DNA from: Cytophagaceae bacterium
GTDB lineage: Bacteria; Bacteroidota; Bacteroidia; Cytophagales; Cytophagaceae
NCBI GenBank assembly: GCA_046329235.1
Contig: JAXLVA010000001.1
Coordinates: 2,513,409 to 2,577,408, forward strand
Length of the DNA: 64,000 nt
Direction: 5' to 3'
Position 1 is the stretch's first letter. Each line of letters starts with the position of its first letter. The position numbers were made by a program, and so were the translations under genes. This document shows positions 19,801 to 29,199 of the stretch, one piece after another. The notes beneath the pieces were generated by a model. The model was given only the letters and a program-made list of their open reading frames with translations, did not search any database and was not told the origin of the DNA.

Positions 19801-20004
19801 TTGATTCCGTTAGTATTGGCTCACGGACCGGGTGCTATTGCCAACAAGACTATTGGTGGTTGTGCACTGGGAGGAATGCTCTTCGGTACAGTCTTCGGAG
19901 TAATTGTAGTTCCGGGCTTATATTACATCTTTGCATCTATCAGCGACGGTAAAGATTTGATTCGTAATGAAGACAATATGCCGTTAACTGAAAATCACGA
20001 TTAA
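16834..20004 (+). CDS. efflux RND transporter permease (AcrB/HAE1-like)
   Basis: 1056 aa with 12-TM AcrB architecture and conserved TM4/TM10 blocks (GVVVDDAIVVVE, LLGKNAVLIVEFA). Confidence 0.95.
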   Translation: MFQTFIRRPALAIVISLVIVFVGLLSILTLPKSQFPSIAPPMVVVRLSYPGASGKVLVNSSLIALEQAINGVPGMKYMFSTAASSGDANIQIVFELGTDANAALVNVTNRVLSVKSMLPEQVQLAGVVVQPVQPSMLMYVNLYSKDTANADMKFIFNYAYIKMLPEIQRINGVALAQILGSRQYAMRVWLNPDRMRAYNIGADEVTKALYEQSIIATPGRIGRADGKRSESIEYVVTYTDRYDEPSQYEDVIIKANSKGEVVRLKDVATVELGSTSYDIYSKKDDYPSAAILLNQTYGSNADEVITNVKAKLEEMKKDFPPGMEYDIDYDVSTFLDASIEEVIHTLRDAFILVALVVFIFLGDWRSTLIPTLAVPVSLIGAFFVMQAFGLTINLITLFALVLAIGVVVDDAIVVVEAVHAKLEEKPHLSMYQAVVEVLGEISGAIIAITLLMASVFIPVAFMSGPVGIFYRQFSITMASSIIISGIVALTLTPVLCAMILKKHDHSHPKKANLLTKFFDGFNRMFDKLTGKYASLLRKIVNRKMVTWGILLAFALGTVGVSSNLPSGFVPGEDQGMLYAVLQTPPGSTLERTFDVSNQLQKIAMEVEGVKSVSSLAGYEVLTQGRGSNSGTCMINLKPWNDRHHTATEIIYELEEKVKEIPGAKIEFFDPPSVPGYGAAGGITLQLLDKNTDIDYERLGKVTDEFMKKLEERKELTALFTFYRTDYPQYVMEIDNKIAMQKGVSISKAMNNLSILIGSSFDQGFVKFGRFFWVFVQADPAYRRLPTDILNLYVKSESGEMVPYSAFLTMKKVQDIYEINRFNMYTTASIRCSPAAGYSSGEAIKAIQEVAAATLPQGYDIDWAALTKDEVIRSSGNESIYIFLIVLAFVYLVLSAQYESFILPLSVILSLPAGIFGALFFVKVMGLANDIYAQVALVMLVGLLGKNAVLIVEFAIQERLAGKTIFEAAISGAKARFRPILMTSFAFIAGLIPLVLAHGPGAIANKTIGGCALGGMLFGTVFGVIVVPGLYYIFASISDGKDLIRNEDNMPLTENHD

Positions 20005-20017
20005 CTCTTTCATCATC

Positions 20018-21454
20018 ATGTTACAACGTAGATATATCTCTTATTGTGTTGTTAGTTTGGTAGGTTTGGCATTTACGGCCTGCCTACCCTCTATCACACA
20101 GAAGTCCATCGATAAAAAAAATATTCCGTCGGCTTACATTACAAGCGCAACGGATACAACGAATACCGCTACTTCTAATTGGAAGATGTTTATCACAGAT
20201 CCCAACTTAGTTGCACTGATTGATACTGCTTTAAAAAACAATCAGGATTTAAATATCATTCAACAAGAAATTCGAATGGCTCAATACGAAGTAAAAGCTC
20301 GTAAAGGTGCATACTTACCATTCGTAGGTCTATTTGCCGGAGGAAGCGTTGATAAAGTAGGTAAGTATACACGCACAGGGGCTGTAGATGAAAACTTGCA
20401 AATCATTCCCGGTAAAAATAACCCGGACAACATCACCAATATGACCTTTGGTGCGATGATGTCATGGCAAGTCGATATCTGGAAACAATTACGCAATGGA
20501 AAGAAAGCCGCTGTAGAACGCTACTTAGCTACGATGGACGGAAAAAACTTCATGGTTACTAATTTGATTGCAGAGATTGCTTTTCAGTATTATGAATTGT
20601 TAGCATTAGATAATCAATTAGAAATTCTTAAAAACACTATCGATATTCAGGAAGACGCTTTGAAAATCGTAACACTACAAAAAACAGCCGGACAAGTAAC
20701 AGAGTTAGCTGTAAGTCGTTTTCAAGCGGAAGTTAACAAGAACTTAAGTCGTCGATATTTATTAGAACAAAGAATTATTGTTACTCAAAACAATATCAAC
20801 TTCTTACTAGGTCGATATCCTCAAGAAATAAAAAGAGATGCTACTCACTTTACTAACATTGAAATCAAAAATGTGCAAAGTGGCATTCCCTCTCAGTTGT
20901 TAGATAATCGTCCGGACATTAAACAAGCGGAGAAGCTTGTCAACGCAGCTAAGTTAGATGTAAAAGCAGCTAAAGCTAGTTTCTATCCTGCTCTTACCAT
21001 TACAGCCGGAGCTGGATATGAATCCTTTAATGCACGTTACTTAGTGTCGTCACCACAATCCGTTTTGTATAATGTTGCCGGTGGTTTGATGGCTCCGTTA
21101 ATCAATCGTAATGCTATCAAAGCGCAATATCTAACAGCCAATGCAAAACAAGTACAAGCTGTTTATGGTTACGAAAAAACATTATTAGGAGCTTATACAG
21201 AAGTATACAACCAACTATCATTGATTTCTAACTTAAGCAAAAGTTATGATCACAAGAATTTGCAAGTAGAAGCTTTAAACCGATCTGTTAACGTTTCTGT
21301 TAATTTGTTCAAGTCTGCTAGAGCTGATTATGTTGAAGTATTGTTAACTCAACGTGATATGTTGGATTCTAAAATGGAATTGATTGATATTAAAAAAGAA
21401 CAATTAAATGCTTCCGTAAAAATGTATCAAGCCTTAGGCGGAGGTTGGAAATAA
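20018..21454 (+). CDS. efflux outer membrane factor lipoprotein (TolC/NodT family)
   Basis: 478 aa with a lipobox (LAFTAC), two OEP repeats and a C-terminal YQALGGGW typical of NodT-type OMFs. Confidence 0.9.
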   Translation: MLQRRYISYCVVSLVGLAFTACLPSITQKSIDKKNIPSAYITSATDTTNTATSNWKMFITDPNLVALIDTALKNNQDLNIIQQEIRMAQYEVKARKGAYLPFVGLFAGGSVDKVGKYTRTGAVDENLQIIPGKNNPDNITNMTFGAMMSWQVDIWKQLRNGKKAAVERYLATMDGKNFMVTNLIAEIAFQYYELLALDNQLEILKNTIDIQEDALKIVTLQKTAGQVTELAVSRFQAEVNKNLSRRYLLEQRIIVTQNNINFLLGRYPQEIKRDATHFTNIEIKNVQSGIPSQLLDNRPDIKQAEKLVNAAKLDVKAAKASFYPALTITAGAGYESFNARYLVSSPQSVLYNVAGGLMAPLINRNAIKAQYLTANAKQVQAVYGYEKTLLGAYTEVYNQLSLISNLSKSYDHKNLQVEALNRSVNVSVNLFKSARADYVEVLLTQRDMLDSKMELIDIKKEQLNASVKMYQALGGGWK

Positions 21455-21540
21455 TAGGTCTTCCTTTTAGAACCCCACGGTTAAAATGGTGGGAACAATG
21501 ACAACCGACTTAATAGGATAAGAGGTAATGCTAAATAGAA

Positions 21541-21580
21541 CTGCAAGGTTCGGAGAAATTCCGGCCTTGCAGTTTTTTTT
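21541..21580 (+). terminator. rho-independent terminator of the RND operon
   Basis: Stem ctgcaagg ... ccttgcag is followed by tttttttt. Confidence 0.8.
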
Positions 21581-21612
21581 ATATCGTAAAGAGAATCTTA
21601 AATGACTGATGA

Positions 21613-22485
21613 TTAAAAAACAGTAATATCAAATTGATAAGTGGCTGCAGCGCCGGAAGCAAGTTTTTCTATAGCTTCTTTTTGAGTCAACTCTCCTGAC
21701 GCATCTACACTATCAGCTACTCCTACCCAAGGTTCTAAACATACAAACGGTCCCGGCTTAGACCAAATACCAAACCAAGGATAATTTTTAAATGAAAACT
21801 CCAGTCCATGTGAATGATTTTTAGATTCTAATCTAATGACATCTGAATTTAAATGTTGAACAACGATAGCATCTTTCACTTCAAACAAATCTTTGTTGAG
21901 TGGCAATGTTTGTTGATCATTTTCTAATGTAACAGATTCTGACTCCTTACTTCGTAACCCACCTTGTAATAGAATACGAGACAGCTTTTCTTTTTTATTA
22001 AATACTAATTGATAGTCTGTATACAATTCATCTAAAGCTAATGGGCATGTAAAACCTGGATGTGCTCCTATGGAGTAATACATATCACCTGAGTCTTTAT
22101 TGATTACCTTATAGATAGTACTCAATTTAGCTTTTTCAATTTTATACGTAATCTGTAATTCAAATTGAAATGGATAAATAGTTAACGTAGTTGTATCTGA
22201 GGTAAGCGAAAAAGTAATAGAATCTAATGATTGCTCTTTAACAATGAATTCTTTATCTCTAGCAAAACCATGTTGAGGCAAGGAATAAGGATTGCCTTTA
22301 TAGGTGTATTTGTTATCCTTTACTTTACCTACAATAGGAAATAATACGGGGGCTCTTCGCCCCCATATTGCCGGATCTCCCGACCATAAATAATTTACTC
22401 CTGTTGGTTTGTATATAATTTCAAGTAATTCAGCTCCTAATGTAGTAGCGCTTACTTTTAACAAATCATTTTCTAAAACAAACAT
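21613..22485 (-). CDS. aldose 1-epimerase family protein
   Basis: 290 aa with VLFPIVGKVKDNKY ... SLPQHGFARD and GAHPGF blocks typical of the aldose epimerase superfamily. Confidence 0.8.
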   Translation of the reverse strand: MFVLENDLLKVSATTLGAELLEIIYKPTGVNYLWSGDPAIWGRRAPVLFPIVGKVKDNKYTYKGNPYSLPQHGFARDKEFIVKEQSLDSITFSLTSDTTTLTIYPFQFELQITYKIEKAKLSTIYKVINKDSGDMYYSIGAHPGFTCPLALDELYTDYQLVFNKKEKLSRILLQGGLRSKESESVTLENDQQTLPLNKDLFEVKDAIVVQHLNSDVIRLESKNHSHGLEFSFKNYPWFGIWSKPGPFVCLEPWVGVADSVDASGELTQKEAIEKLASGAAATYQFDITVF

Positions 22486-22488
22486 TCT

Positions 22489-23247
22489 TTAATCTACTTT
22501 TTCTAATTCCTCTTTTTTCTGCAATGCTCTAGCCGCTTCTCTTCTTTTACGCGCATACATATTCAATAACTCCACTAAAAGTGAGAAGAACATCGCAGAA
22601 TAAATATAACCTTTAGGAACATGCTGGTCAAATCCTTCTGCTACTAATAGCACCCCAATAGTCAATAAGAATGATAATGCTAGTACTTTAACCGATGGGT
22701 GATTATTTATAAAATCACTTATAGGTTTAGCAAATAATAACATCACTAACATAGAAATTATAACTGCTACAATCATAATGATGATCGAGTTAGACATACC
22801 TACGGCAGTTAAAATGGAGTCAAATGAGAATACAATATCTAACAAAACAATTTGAGTAATAGCAGTGGTCAAATTATTCATTGGTTTTATATCCTCGAAC
22901 TCTTCTTCTCCTTCCAGGTTATGGAAAATTTCAGATGTACTTTTATACATTAAGAAAATACCACCTGCGATTAATATTAAATCTCTCCAACTAAAATCAT
23001 TTCCCATGAATTCAAACAAAGGTTTGCTCATGTGAACCAACTCAAAGATGAAGGATAATAAAATGACACGAATAATTAAAGCGCCGCTAATACCCAATAG
23101 TCGTGCTTGTTTTTGCATGTCTTTAGGTAAACGATCAGAGATAATGGAAATGAAAATAATATTATCAATCCCTAGTATTATTTCCATTAAGGTTAATGTA
23201 AGTAGACTGAGCCATCCACCTACAGTTAAGAAAACTTCAAAATGCAT
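22489..23247 (-). CDS. TerC family integral membrane protein
   Basis: 252 aa, multi-TM, with TerC blocks GIDNIIFISI and DIVFSFDSILTAVG. Confidence 0.85.
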   Translation of the reverse strand: MHFEVFLTVGGWLSLLTLTLMEIILGIDNIIFISIISDRLPKDMQKQARLLGISGALIIRVILLSFIFELVHMSKPLFEFMGNDFSWRDLILIAGGIFLMYKSTSEIFHNLEGEEEFEDIKPMNNLTTAITQIVLLDIVFSFDSILTAVGMSNSIIIMIVAVIISMLVMLLFAKPISDFINNHPSVKVLALSFLLTIGVLLVAEGFDQHVPKGYIYSAMFFSLLVELLNMYARKRREAARALQKKEELEKVD

Positions 23248-23269
23248 ATCTGGTTTAAATTATTATTTT

Positions 23270-25300
23270 TTAATAGTCTAGTATGGTAAACTCTACTCTT
23301 CTATTTTTCTTTCTATTTTCTTCGGTGCTGTTATTGGCTATTGGTTTAGTTCCACCATAAGCCACAACTGTTAGTTGGCTAGGTGAAACACCTTTGCTTA
23401 TTAAATACGCCTTTACAACGTTTACACGATCTAACGAAAGTTGATAGTTTTTATCCGGATCACCAACACCATCTGTGTGACCGGCCAATTCAATTTTTAG
23501 TTTGGGATTTGCTTTTAATATCTCAACAATGTTATCTAATTCCGGATAGCTTGATTCAATTAATTTAGAAGTACTTTGATAGAAAAAGACATTCTGCATT
23601 ACTACTTTTTGTCCTTTTTCAATAGGCACTAATTTAAGATTCACTTGAATCTCTTTAAAATCAGCATCGGAAGGAATTTCAATGTGTTCATGTATAGCAA
23701 AGTAACCCGGCACCTCGGCACTATAGCCATAGGTGTAACCACGCGGCAGTACAATACGGTAACTACCGGTAGTTGGATTAGAAGATGCAACGCCTACATT
23801 TTTTCCTGAACTTAGATTATCGTAAGATATGGAAGCTCCAACAGGATCTCCTGTTTTTTCATTGAATACAGTACCATATACGATAACTACCGGATCAGGT
23901 TTTACATTTGGCGAAAGCTTAACTGTAAAAACATCTGATTGATATTGATCATTTCTCCAAGCATAGATATATGCTAAGTCTCCTGATGCCGGAACAGAGA
24001 ATCCTAATTGACCTGCATCATTATTGATAGTTGGGCCAAGGTTGACAGGTTTAGACCAACGCGTCCAAGAATCGTCTAAACGTTTAGTCACAAACAAATC
24101 ATAACCACCATAACCAAGATGACCATTGGAAGCAAAATACATGGTCTTCCCATCTGCAGCAAGGAATGGTGTAGCGTCGGATTGAAAGGTATTAATATCT
24201 TCACCTATATTTTTAGGCGTCGTCCAAATTCCATTATCCTTTAAAAAGGAAACATAAATATCTAAATCTCCTATGCTGTTGTCCATCTGAATTCCCATTA
24301 ATAGCGTTTTGCCATCGGCAGCTAAAAAATAGGAAGCGTATTGATTTAAATTAGCAAATGATTCAAACTGTAATGCTTCAGGCAACGACCATTTGTGATT
24401 AGACTGTATATGTGTTATAGACACCCCATTGCCTTTACTGGAGCCATCGGCATTGTACTCATTGGCAACCAACAAAGTATTTACGTTAGGCATGATAGAT
24501 GTAACAAAATTATTACCCGAATTGTTTAATGGCAGCCCCATTGCTTTCGCATCCGTCCAATGACCGTGTTCCAAAGTTGAATACCAAATGTCTGTATTGT
24601 TGATATTCCCTACAGTAGATGGATGACCGGAGCGGGCGAAGTATAATGTCTTCCCATCGGATGAAATAATAGGATATGTTTCTTTGTAATACGAATTAAC
24701 TGCATTACTTAGAGGAGTAACCGGCCCTATCAAATCATTATCTTTCGCTTGATTGATTTGTAAGTTAATAGGGTCTTTAGTGGAGGCGATCCCGATGGCG
24801 TCAATATAGTTCCAACCGTCTACTTTTGCAGCATCACATACGATGGTTGCTGCTATTACAGGTGATCCCGACTTTTTAAATGGGATAGAAAGCACTCTGT
24901 ATTTCTCTGTTATATTACCGGCATTCGCTTTATATACCGAATAAGACTTTCCATTCTGCTCTTGAATGATAATAGACGTTATCGACCCCGGGTTTGCTAC
25001 TTCTATTATTACAATTTGTTCAGCCACTATAGGTTTATAAAACCCAACGGTAAGACTTACCATCTTTTCAGGCAAGCTAGATGAATTGTAACCGGGTATC
25101 CAACTCAGTCCATTTTCTTTGGTAGTGTAACCGGGATAAACATCCGGCACCCCTAATGCTTGTTTTTTACTCCAGTACTCACCATTGTATGTATCCGTAG
25201 ACATAATTACCTTCTGCGCCCAACGAACTTGTTGTTCTTGAGCCAGAGAAGTAACACTATAGAATAGACTGATGAAGAAAAAATAAAATGTTTTTTTCAT
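23270..25300 (-). CDS. OmpA family protein with TolB-like beta-propeller repeats
   Basis: 676 aa with a signal peptide and PD40-like repeats (DGKTLYFA, DGKTMYFAS). The C-terminal OmpA-like peptidoglycan-binding domain reads ELAGHTDGVGDPDKNYQLSLDRVNVVKAYL ... NRRVEF. Confidence 0.85.
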   Translation of the reverse strand: MKKTFYFFFISLFYSVTSLAQEQQVRWAQKVIMSTDTYNGEYWSKKQALGVPDVYPGYTTKENGLSWIPGYNSSSLPEKMVSLTVGFYKPIVAEQIVIIEVANPGSITSIIIQEQNGKSYSVYKANAGNITEKYRVLSIPFKKSGSPVIAATIVCDAAKVDGWNYIDAIGIASTKDPINLQINQAKDNDLIGPVTPLSNAVNSYYKETYPIISSDGKTLYFARSGHPSTVGNINNTDIWYSTLEHGHWTDAKAMGLPLNNSGNNFVTSIMPNVNTLLVANEYNADGSSKGNGVSITHIQSNHKWSLPEALQFESFANLNQYASYFLAADGKTLLMGIQMDNSIGDLDIYVSFLKDNGIWTTPKNIGEDINTFQSDATPFLAADGKTMYFASNGHLGYGGYDLFVTKRLDDSWTRWSKPVNLGPTINNDAGQLGFSVPASGDLAYIYAWRNDQYQSDVFTVKLSPNVKPDPVVIVYGTVFNEKTGDPVGASISYDNLSSGKNVGVASSNPTTGSYRIVLPRGYTYGYSAEVPGYFAIHEHIEIPSDADFKEIQVNLKLVPIEKGQKVVMQNVFFYQSTSKLIESSYPELDNIVEILKANPKLKIELAGHTDGVGDPDKNYQLSLDRVNVVKAYLISKGVSPSQLTVVAYGGTKPIANNSTEENRKKNRRVEFTILDY

Positions 25301-25303
25301 GGT

Positions 25304-25810
25304 TTATTTATTCAATACAGATCGAAACCCCTTCTGTTCAACAGTAGAAGCCGATTCTTCCACCTTCTCACGAAGTTCCATCTTATAAGCTTGCAATTTT
25401 TGAGCCACTTCCGGTTGGAATGCGCCCACTATTTGAGCGGCAATAATTCCGGCATTCGCAGCACCGTCTAAAGCCACCGTTGCTACCGGAACACCAGAAG
25501 GCATTTGTAAAATTGATAACACTGAATCCCAACCATCAATCGAGTTAGAAGATTTTACCGGGACACCAATTACGGGCAACGTAGTTAAAGAAGCTACCAT
25601 CCCAGGCAAGTGTGCTGCACCGCCCGCTCCTGCTATGATTACTTTTAACCCACGGTCTGCTGCTTTCATAGCATAATCCACCATGCGCAACGGAGTGCGG
25701 TGTGCCGACACAATCGTCAACTCATATGGAATACCAAATTTCTCTAACATTTCTGCCGCCGCCGACATTACTTTTAAGTCGGACTGGCTGCCCATAATGA
25801 TTCCTACCAT
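25304..25810 (-). CDS. purE: 5-(carboxyamino)imidazole ribonucleotide mutase
   Basis: 168 aa with GIIMGSQSDLKVM ... VSAHRTP ... GAGGAAHLPGM. Confidence 0.95.
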   Translation of the reverse strand: MVGIIMGSQSDLKVMSAAAEMLEKFGIPYELTIVSAHRTPLRMVDYAMKAADRGLKVIIAGAGGAAHLPGMVASLTTLPVIGVPVKSSNSIDGWDSVLSILQMPSGVPVATVALDGAANAGIIAAQIVGAFQPEVAQKLQAYKMELREKVEESASTVEQKGFRSVLNK

Positions 25811-25814
25811 ACTA

Positions 25815-26957
25815 TTATTCTGCCACTACTTGAATGGCTGTTTTTATTTTATCTGCTTTTTTCTGTAAACCTTCAATCGTTGAATCTAACACGGTAACAT
25901 GTCCCATCTTACGGAAAGGTTTAGTCATTTTCTTTCCATATAAATGCGGGAACACACCCGGAATTTTCATGGCTTCCTCTAAACCATTGTAAGTAGCAAC
26001 ACCTTCATGGCCTTCCGCACCTAACAGGTTGAGCATAGCTGCCGGACACAGTTGTTCTGTATCACCTAAAGGCATATTTAATATTGCACGCCAATGTTGT
26101 TCGTATTGCGAGGTAGCGTTGGCACGTATAGTTTGATGTCCACTGTTATGAGGACGCGGAGCTACTTCATTCACTAAAATTTCTCCTTCAGGAGTTAAAA
26201 ACATCTCAACTGCTAATACCCCTACCAATCCTAATTTTGAGATAACATCTACCGCAATCTTCGCAGCTTTGTTATGTAGATCATCTGTTATTTCAGCCGG
26301 TGCGAATAAATATTCTACTAAATTATATACCGGATGAAACACCATTTCCACTGTTGGGAAAGTAGTTACTTCTCCATTCGGATTACGAGCCACGATGACG
26401 CTTAACTCTTTTGAAAAAGCGATGCGTTTTTCAAGGAGCCCCGGTTGTGTGAAGCTATTTGCTGCATCTTCTAATGTATCTATCTTTTTTACACCACGAC
26501 CATCATAGCCTTCTTTGCCTAATTTATGTACAGCTGGCAACATAGATTTATGTTGTGCTATTTGATCTTTAGAATCAATCAGTACAAAAGGTGCTGTTGG
26601 AATATGATGTTCAGAGTAAAAAGATTTTTGAGTTCTTTTATCTTGAATCAGTTCTATGATTTCAGGTTGAGGATAAACCTTTACCCCTTCCGATACTAAT
26701 TTTTTCAATGCCTCAACATTGACATGCTCAATCTCGATGGTAAGAAGATCTTTATCTTTCCCAAATTGATACACCGTATCAAAGTCTTTTAGATTCCCTA
26801 CGGTAAAAGAAGATGCCCAGTGTTTACAAGGTGCTTCTTTATCCGGATCTAGTACATGTATAGATAAATTATAATCTACTGCGGCTTGAATAAGCATGCG
26901 ACCTAACTGACCGCCACCCAACAAACCTATTGAATAATCTGCAAAGAAATGTTCCAT
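25815..26957 (-). CDS. purK: 5-(carboxyamino)imidazole ribonucleotide synthase
   Basis: ATP-grasp enzyme with N-terminal IGLLGGGQLGRM, immediately upstream of purE. I prefer the ATG at 26957 (MEHFF...) to the TTG at 26975 used in the ORF track. Confidence 0.92.
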   Translation of the reverse strand: MEHFFADYSIGLLGGGQLGRMLIQAAVDYNLSIHVLDPDKEAPCKHWASSFTVGNLKDFDTVYQFGKDKDLLTIEIEHVNVEALKKLVSEGVKVYPQPEIIELIQDKRTQKSFYSEHHIPTAPFVLIDSKDQIAQHKSMLPAVHKLGKEGYDGRGVKKIDTLEDAANSFTQPGLLEKRIAFSKELSVIVARNPNGEVTTFPTVEMVFHPVYNLVEYLFAPAEITDDLHNKAAKIAVDVISKLGLVGVLAVEMFLTPEGEILVNEVAPRPHNSGHQTIRANATSQYEQHWRAILNMPLGDTEQLCPAAMLNLLGAEGHEGVATYNGLEEAMKIPGVFPHLYGKKMTKPFRKMGHVTVLDSTIEGLQKKADKIKTAIQVVAE

Positions 26958-27010
26958 GGTAATAATAAGGAGCAAGATACAAAAAAGCAGACAGAAAAGT
27001 ACGAAAACGA

Positions 27011-27188
27011 CCTCCCCCTTAATCCCCCTCCAAAGGGGGAAATACGATATACGTTAACATGGATTGTTAATTATCAAGAGCATTAAGAATACACCAATAT
27101 TAACGTTTAGCATCGTAGCTAACGCTGGCACGGATTCCCCCTTTGGAGAGCTTGTCCCGATTTTTATCGGGAGGGATTAAGGGGGAGG
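27011..27188. repeat. GC-rich long-hairpin intergenic element, copy 1 (178 bp)
   Basis: The 5' arm cctcccccttaatccccctccaaaggggga pairs with the 3' arm tccccctttggag[...]gagggattaagggggagg. The 3' arm carries an extra small hairpin (cccgat tttt atcggg). Conserved internal blocks are shared with copy 2. Confidence 0.9.
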
Positions 27189-27240
27189 ATTCGACATTGC
27201 CATTTTAATGGTGGGGAAAGTATATAATTCAAAAAAAGAA

Positions 27241-27284
27241 AATAAAAAACCCGGAGCCAAGGGGGGAAGACTGGCGTCCGGGTT
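27241..27284 (-). terminator. rho-independent terminator downstream of the porin gene
   Basis: The minus strand reads aacccggacgcc ... ggctccgggtt followed by tttttt. Confidence 0.75.
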
Positions 27285-27338
27285 CTTTAACTAACCAGAT
27301 GAAAAAATTAACCGTTGTATTTTTGACTCAACTTCGTA

Positions 27339-28610
27339 TTAGAAGGAGTAGATAGCTGCCATACCGATAGTTGCTTGTGCACCCACAGTTTTGTCAAAAG
27401 TGCCATCACCTTTGAATTTGTTGTATCCTTTGAATTCTTTTTGAGCGTCAGTCGCTCCATCCACAAATTGTGGAGTTGCTAAATCTATTCTAAATTCAGG
27501 CTTTAGATTGAAGTGACCATCTTTCAATTTGATGTCACCTGTTAATGTAAATTCATTTACAACAACACCTTTAACACCACCCATAGAACCAGCTGCGATA
27601 GCACCAGTCACATATCTAACACCATCAGCATCATTGAAATGTTCCGCTCTTAAACCTAAACCAAACACATCAGAGAAGGCGTAGTTCAGGTATAAAGCAG
27701 CACCATACCAAGTAGCAGAGTTATACTTATTAGGATCAGTTGCATCTTGTAATAATTTACCAGAGCCATATGCAGCATTTAAACCGATTTTGAAGGCGTC
27801 ATTCACCTGATAGGTAGTTGTTAAATCGAATAAATGAGATGGAGTTTTGATAGAATCTCCTGTACCAATTGGAGTATAGCCAAGAGCTGTAGGTCCACCT
27901 ATTGTTGGGAATGACAAACCATTTCTTTCGTCACCACCTACGTAGTTAATATATACATCCCAACCATCTTTAGGAGCTAAATACAATTGGGCGATTGCTG
28001 ATTTCTTTTTGTTAAAATCATACATCCCATCCCAACCATTCACAATACCTGCCATTAAACCTACTTTGTCAGAGAACATGTAAGCGGCTTTAGCACCCGT
28101 GTGGTAGAAAGGACCGTTACCAAATAGGTAAGAAAGAGAATAGTTATAGTTTAAAGGAGCATCAATTAGCTCATAACCTATGTGCGTACCAAATTGACCT
28201 ACAGTAAACGTTAATTTATCGGTAGCATTATAGGCCATGTATGCTTGCTTGATGTTAATATCTGTTCCAAACAAGTTACCAAAGTTACCCAATGCTGCAT
28301 TAGGGCCATATGTTAAGTCAATTACTACTTCCGATCTATCGGTTGCATAAGCAAATTTAGTTTGTACTAAACCTAAAGAAAATTGGTTGTGTTTAATATC
28401 AAATATACGCCCAGGATTTTGACCGGATGGTAAACCTCCAGGTACTACAGAAAGATTTTCGGCAAAAGCAGGATTATTCATGTTATACTGATAATACATA
28501 TCAACATAACCGGAAACTGTTAGTTTTCCTTTTGGTTCTTCATCTTGAGCTTTCAATGTGAACGCTGAGAACATGGAAGCTGCCAGCGTAAAGAGTGCTA
28601 ATTTTTTCAT
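27339..28610 (-). CDS. outer-membrane beta-barrel porin (putative)
   Basis: 423 aa with signal peptide MKKLALFTLAASMFSAFTLKAQ, Gly/Tyr-rich alternating strands and a C-terminal ...AAIYSF. Substrate unknown. Confidence 0.6.
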   Translation of the reverse strand: MKKLALFTLAASMFSAFTLKAQDEEPKGKLTVSGYVDMYYQYNMNNPAFAENLSVVPGGLPSGQNPGRIFDIKHNQFSLGLVQTKFAYATDRSEVVIDLTYGPNAALGNFGNLFGTDINIKQAYMAYNATDKLTFTVGQFGTHIGYELIDAPLNYNYSLSYLFGNGPFYHTGAKAAYMFSDKVGLMAGIVNGWDGMYDFNKKKSAIAQLYLAPKDGWDVYINYVGGDERNGLSFPTIGGPTALGYTPIGTGDSIKTPSHLFDLTTTYQVNDAFKIGLNAAYGSGKLLQDATDPNKYNSATWYGAALYLNYAFSDVFGLGLRAEHFNDADGVRYVTGAIAAGSMGGVKGVVVNEFTLTGDIKLKDGHFNLKPEFRIDLATPQFVDGATDAQKEFKGYNKFKGDGTFDKTVGAQATIGMAAIYSF

Positions 28611-29199
28611 ACGTTGTGCGTTTTTTGTTGGTAATAAATTGATAAAAGGGTCAGTTAAGGGTTTTACTTAATTTGTGTTCGATATAGAAATATTCCAAAT
28701 CGATTACATTGTAAACATATAAGAAAAAAAACTACCACGCAACCCCTATCCACAAAAAAAGCAAATAAAATGGCATATTTTATGAAATACGACTATAAAA
28801 TATAAAATAAATACAAAATTATATTTTTAACAACTTCAGCCATAAAAGTCTTTTATATTAAAATAGTACAATTTATATACACATACAAATAATTGCAATA
28901 TATCTAGAAATCAAGGGTTTTAGTCAAAAAATAGCCTTTTTTCAAAAAATATAGTTCAAAATCCACCTCACTTACATACAATTTTATATTTTTTTCATAA
29001 AAACATATAAAATTTAATCCTACTTGGCTTAAAATTGATAGTTTTTTATAAAAAGTGGTGTATTTTTTAACCTATAAGATTCATTTTTTGACAAAATTGA
29101 GTAGTCTTTCTGATTTTTATATGGATTTTGAGTCTATTAAGTATAGAAATTGAAAGAAGGAGGCGTTGAAACACTATTAACAACTATGTTTCATTCTCT

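Noticed and set aside
23248-23269. yybP-ykoY (Mn) riboswitch upstream of the TerC-family gene, and a lysine riboswitch upstream of lysC (62659-62689)
   Set aside because: The upstream spacers are only 22 and 31 nt, too short for either RNA. Both genes appear to be co-transcribed with their upstream neighbours.
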